Assembly (NCBI GenBank): GCA_902516065.1
Contig: CABXXB010000001.1
Coordinates: forward strand, 1 to 60,760
DNA length: 60,760 nt
Direction of reading: 5' to 3'
Source: an uncultured Pelagibacteraceae bacterium
GTDB taxonomy: Bacteria; Pseudomonadota; Alphaproteobacteria; Pelagibacterales; Pelagibacteraceae
Numbering within the stretch: the stretch's first letter is position 1; the number at the start of each line of letters is the position of its first letter. The translations under genes and the position numbers were made by a program. This document shows, one piece after another, positions 58,713 to 60,760 of this stretch. Below the pieces are notes generated by a model that had not been told where the DNA came from, did no database searches, and saw only the letters and a program-made list of their open reading frames with translations.

Positions 58713-60004
58713 TAATTATATAATCTGATTAACGTAGGAAATTTTAGAATATTTTTATTATTTCTAAATATTGATAAACAATTTCTTGCATTTTTTTCCG
58801 ATGTTTTATGAGTAATTATAACAATAGTAGCTGAATTTCTTTTTTTAACTGGTGTTTGTATTATTCTTTTTACAGATATTTTATATTTGGCTAATCGATT
58901 AGTTATTGAAGATAGAACACCCTGTTTATCTTTCACTTCAAACCTTAAATATAAAGAGTTTGAATAATCATTATTATTAAATACTTTTACAACTTTTCTT
59001 TTATTTGAAGCAATACCAAAAGGGAATTTAATATTTCCTCTTAAAATTGATAACAAATCAGATAATAAAGAGGATGATGTGGGCCCAGGTCCTGCGCCCT
59101 CCCCTTGAAGAATACTTTCTCCTACAGGCTTACCCTCTGTAATAACAGCATTCATAACACCATTTACATTACCTATATATGTGTCTTTATTTACTAAACA
59201 TGGATGAACAGTTTCGAATAAACGATTATTTATCATTTCACATATACCAAGTAATTTAATTTTAAGATTTAATTGATTTGCAATTTTAATGTCTTTTAAA
59301 TCGATATTTTCTATACCTTCCATAATACATTTGTGTTTTGAAATTTGATTATTAAAAGCAAGAGCTGATAAAATTCTTACTTTTGCAAATGCGTCAAATC
59401 CATTTAAATCTAATTTAGGATTTCCAGGTTCAGCATAACCGAGATCTTGAGCTTTTTTTAAAACTCTATCAAAATTTTCATTTGAATTTTCCATCTCAGT
59501 CAAAATATAATTTGTTGTGCCATTCAAAATTCCATAAACTTTCTTTATTTTGTTTGTAGCCAAACCCTCTTTAATTGTTTTAAGTATTGGAATCCCGCCG
59601 GCAACAGATGCTTCAAATTCTAAATTAACATTGTTATCCTCTGCCAATTTTGACAAGTAATCACCATGTTTTGATATAAGTGCTTTATTAGGTGTTATTA
59701 CATGTATTTGATTTCTAAGTGCAGTTTCAACAACTTTTTTAGAAATTCCATCTGATTGTCCAATTGCTTCAAATAGAATATCAGGTTTAATGTTCTTAAT
59801 GATTTTTATTGGGTCTGTATAAAAAATTTTTTTATCTATCTTATATTTTCTTTTTTTGTTTTTATTTTTGGCTGATAAAGCAACTATTTGAATTTTTTTA
59901 CCAGATTTAATTTCTATATTTTTCTTTTTTAAATTAAGTTCTCGATACAAATAATTCCCAACTTGACCTAATCCGATAATTGCAATTTTGATTATTTTAG
60001 TCAT
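58712..60004 (-). CDS. hom: Homoserine dehydrogenase
   Basis: GLGQVG, EASVAGGIP, GILNGTTNYIL, GAGPGPT and a C-terminal ACT domain. Confidence 0.94.
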   Translation of the reverse strand: MTKIIKIAIIGLGQVGNYLYRELNLKKKNIEIKSGKKIQIVALSAKNKNKKRKYKIDKKIFYTDPIKIIKNIKPDILFEAIGQSDGISKKVVETALRNQIHVITPNKALISKHGDYLSKLAEDNNVNLEFEASVAGGIPILKTIKEGLATNKIKKVYGILNGTTNYILTEMENSNENFDRVLKKAQDLGYAEPGNPKLDLNGFDAFAKVRILSALAFNNQISKHKCIMEGIENIDLKDIKIANQLNLKIKLLGICEMINNRLFETVHPCLVNKDTYIGNVNGVMNAVITEGKPVGESILQGEGAGPGPTSSSLLSDLLSILRGNIKFPFGIASNKRKVVKVFNNNDYSNSLYLRFEVKDKQGVLSSITNRLAKYKISVKRIIQTPVKKRNSATIVIITHKTSEKNARNCLSIFRNNKNILKFPTLIRLYN

Positions 60005-60178
60005 TTAATCATCTATATTTGGGTATGGACTATTATTTGCATATTCTTCTAATTTTAATTTAAATTCCTCTAAAGTTAAATCATCTGAAAAATTTATGTC
60101 TGAAACTGCATTAATATTTGTATTTTGGTTATACACACAGCCAGATAATAGGAGAAATATCAAAATAAATTTTTTCAT
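60005..60178 (-). CDS. 57-aa lipoprotein (below ORF-track cutoff)
   Basis: MKKFILIFLLLSGC lipobox; fills the argC-hom gap exactly (ATGA overlap with the argC stop; its stop abuts the hom ATG). Confidence 0.75.
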   Translation of the reverse strand: MKKFILIFLLLSGCVYNQNTNINAVSDINFSDDLTLEEFKLKLEEYANNSPYPNIDD

Positions 60179-60759
60179 CTCAAACCCTCTTTAATATTAA
60201 AGTTATATAAAATATTCATATTTTGTATTGCCTGACCAGCTCCACCTTTAATTAAATTATCAATTGCAGACACTATTATAGCTTTATCTTTATATTTAGA
60301 TTTACATATTGAAATTAAACAATTATTAGTATTTATTACATCATTAGTGCTTATAAGGGTATTTTGTTTTTTTATCTTAATAAATTTAGATTTTTTATAA
60401 AACTTAATTAATTGATTATGTAGTTTATTAATAGTTTTTCCTTTTTTGAGATCTACATAGATTGTACTTAGAATACCTCTAAACATTGGAGATAAATGAG
60501 GTGTAAAAGAAAAAGTAAATTTTTGCTTACTATATTTTTTTATCATTTGATCAATCTCAGAATTATGTCGATGAAAACCAATGCCATAAGCACTTAATGA
60601 CTCATATAAATTTTTATCTTCATATTTTTTATGCACACCTCTGCCAGCACCTGAATAACCTGATTTTGAATCAATAATCATATTATCTTGTTTTATTAAT
60701 CTTTTCTTAATTAATGGTATTAATGGAAGTAATATTGACGTTGGGTAACATCCAGGACA
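60175..60759 (-). CDS. argC: N-acetyl-gamma-glutamyl-phosphate reductase, 5' part outside window
   Basis: Frame is open to the window edge and contains PGCYPT, SGYSGAG, HRHNSEI, FTPHL and DNLIKGGAGQA. Confidence 0.94.
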   Translation of the reverse strand, partial: CPGCYPTSILLPLIPLIKKRLIKQDNMIIDSKSGYSGAGRGVHKKYEDKNLYESLSAYGIGFHRHNSEIDQMIKKYSKQKFTFSFTPHLSPMFRGILSTIYVDLKKGKTINKLHNQLIKFYKKSKFIKIKKQNTLISTNDVINTNNCLISICKSKYKDKAIIVSAIDNLIKGGAGQAIQNMNILYNFNIKEGLR

Positions 60760-60760
60760 A

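Overview
A very AT-rich, gene-dense alphaproteobacterial chromosome segment with many 1-8 nt gene overlaps. Gene content and compaction point to Pelagibacterales/SAR11 (inference). Left to right: (1) the end of a phosphonate locus (C-terminus of a probable phosphonopyruvate decarboxylase, an XRE-HTH/nucleotidyltransferase fusion, phnDCE); (2) SMR, dgkA, a divergent PiT-fold transporter and a zur-znuBC/znuA zinc locus with tandem Zur boxes; (3) a long housekeeping block (xth, erpA, dgt, argS, nagZ, scpAB, tatABC, serS, yajC-secDF, uvrA/ssb, gyrA with a one-base frameshift in an A10 run, coaD, cyclophilin, tgt, recG, sdhE, rarD, mltB-rlpA-dacA-tmk-holB-metG-tatD, gpx, nhaA, sbmA-like, glpX, recJ) with four tRNAs (Lys-UUU, Ser-UGA, Pro-UGG, Glu-UUC); (4) a glycosyltransferase cassette; (5) the most unusual region, 54.7-56.9 kb. 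That region holds a Cre-like tyrosine recombinase with a perfect 14-7-14 bp inverted-repeat site 3 bp upstream of its start codon, near where gene polarity flips from mostly + to all -, making it a candidate single-recombinase dif-like system at the terminus. It also holds an unannotated ~185-nt GC-rich structured RNA with a predicted kissing loop just upstream of an ogt-like gene. No CRISPR array, rRNA, transposase or phage structural gene was seen. All calls come from manual motif reading; no searches were run.
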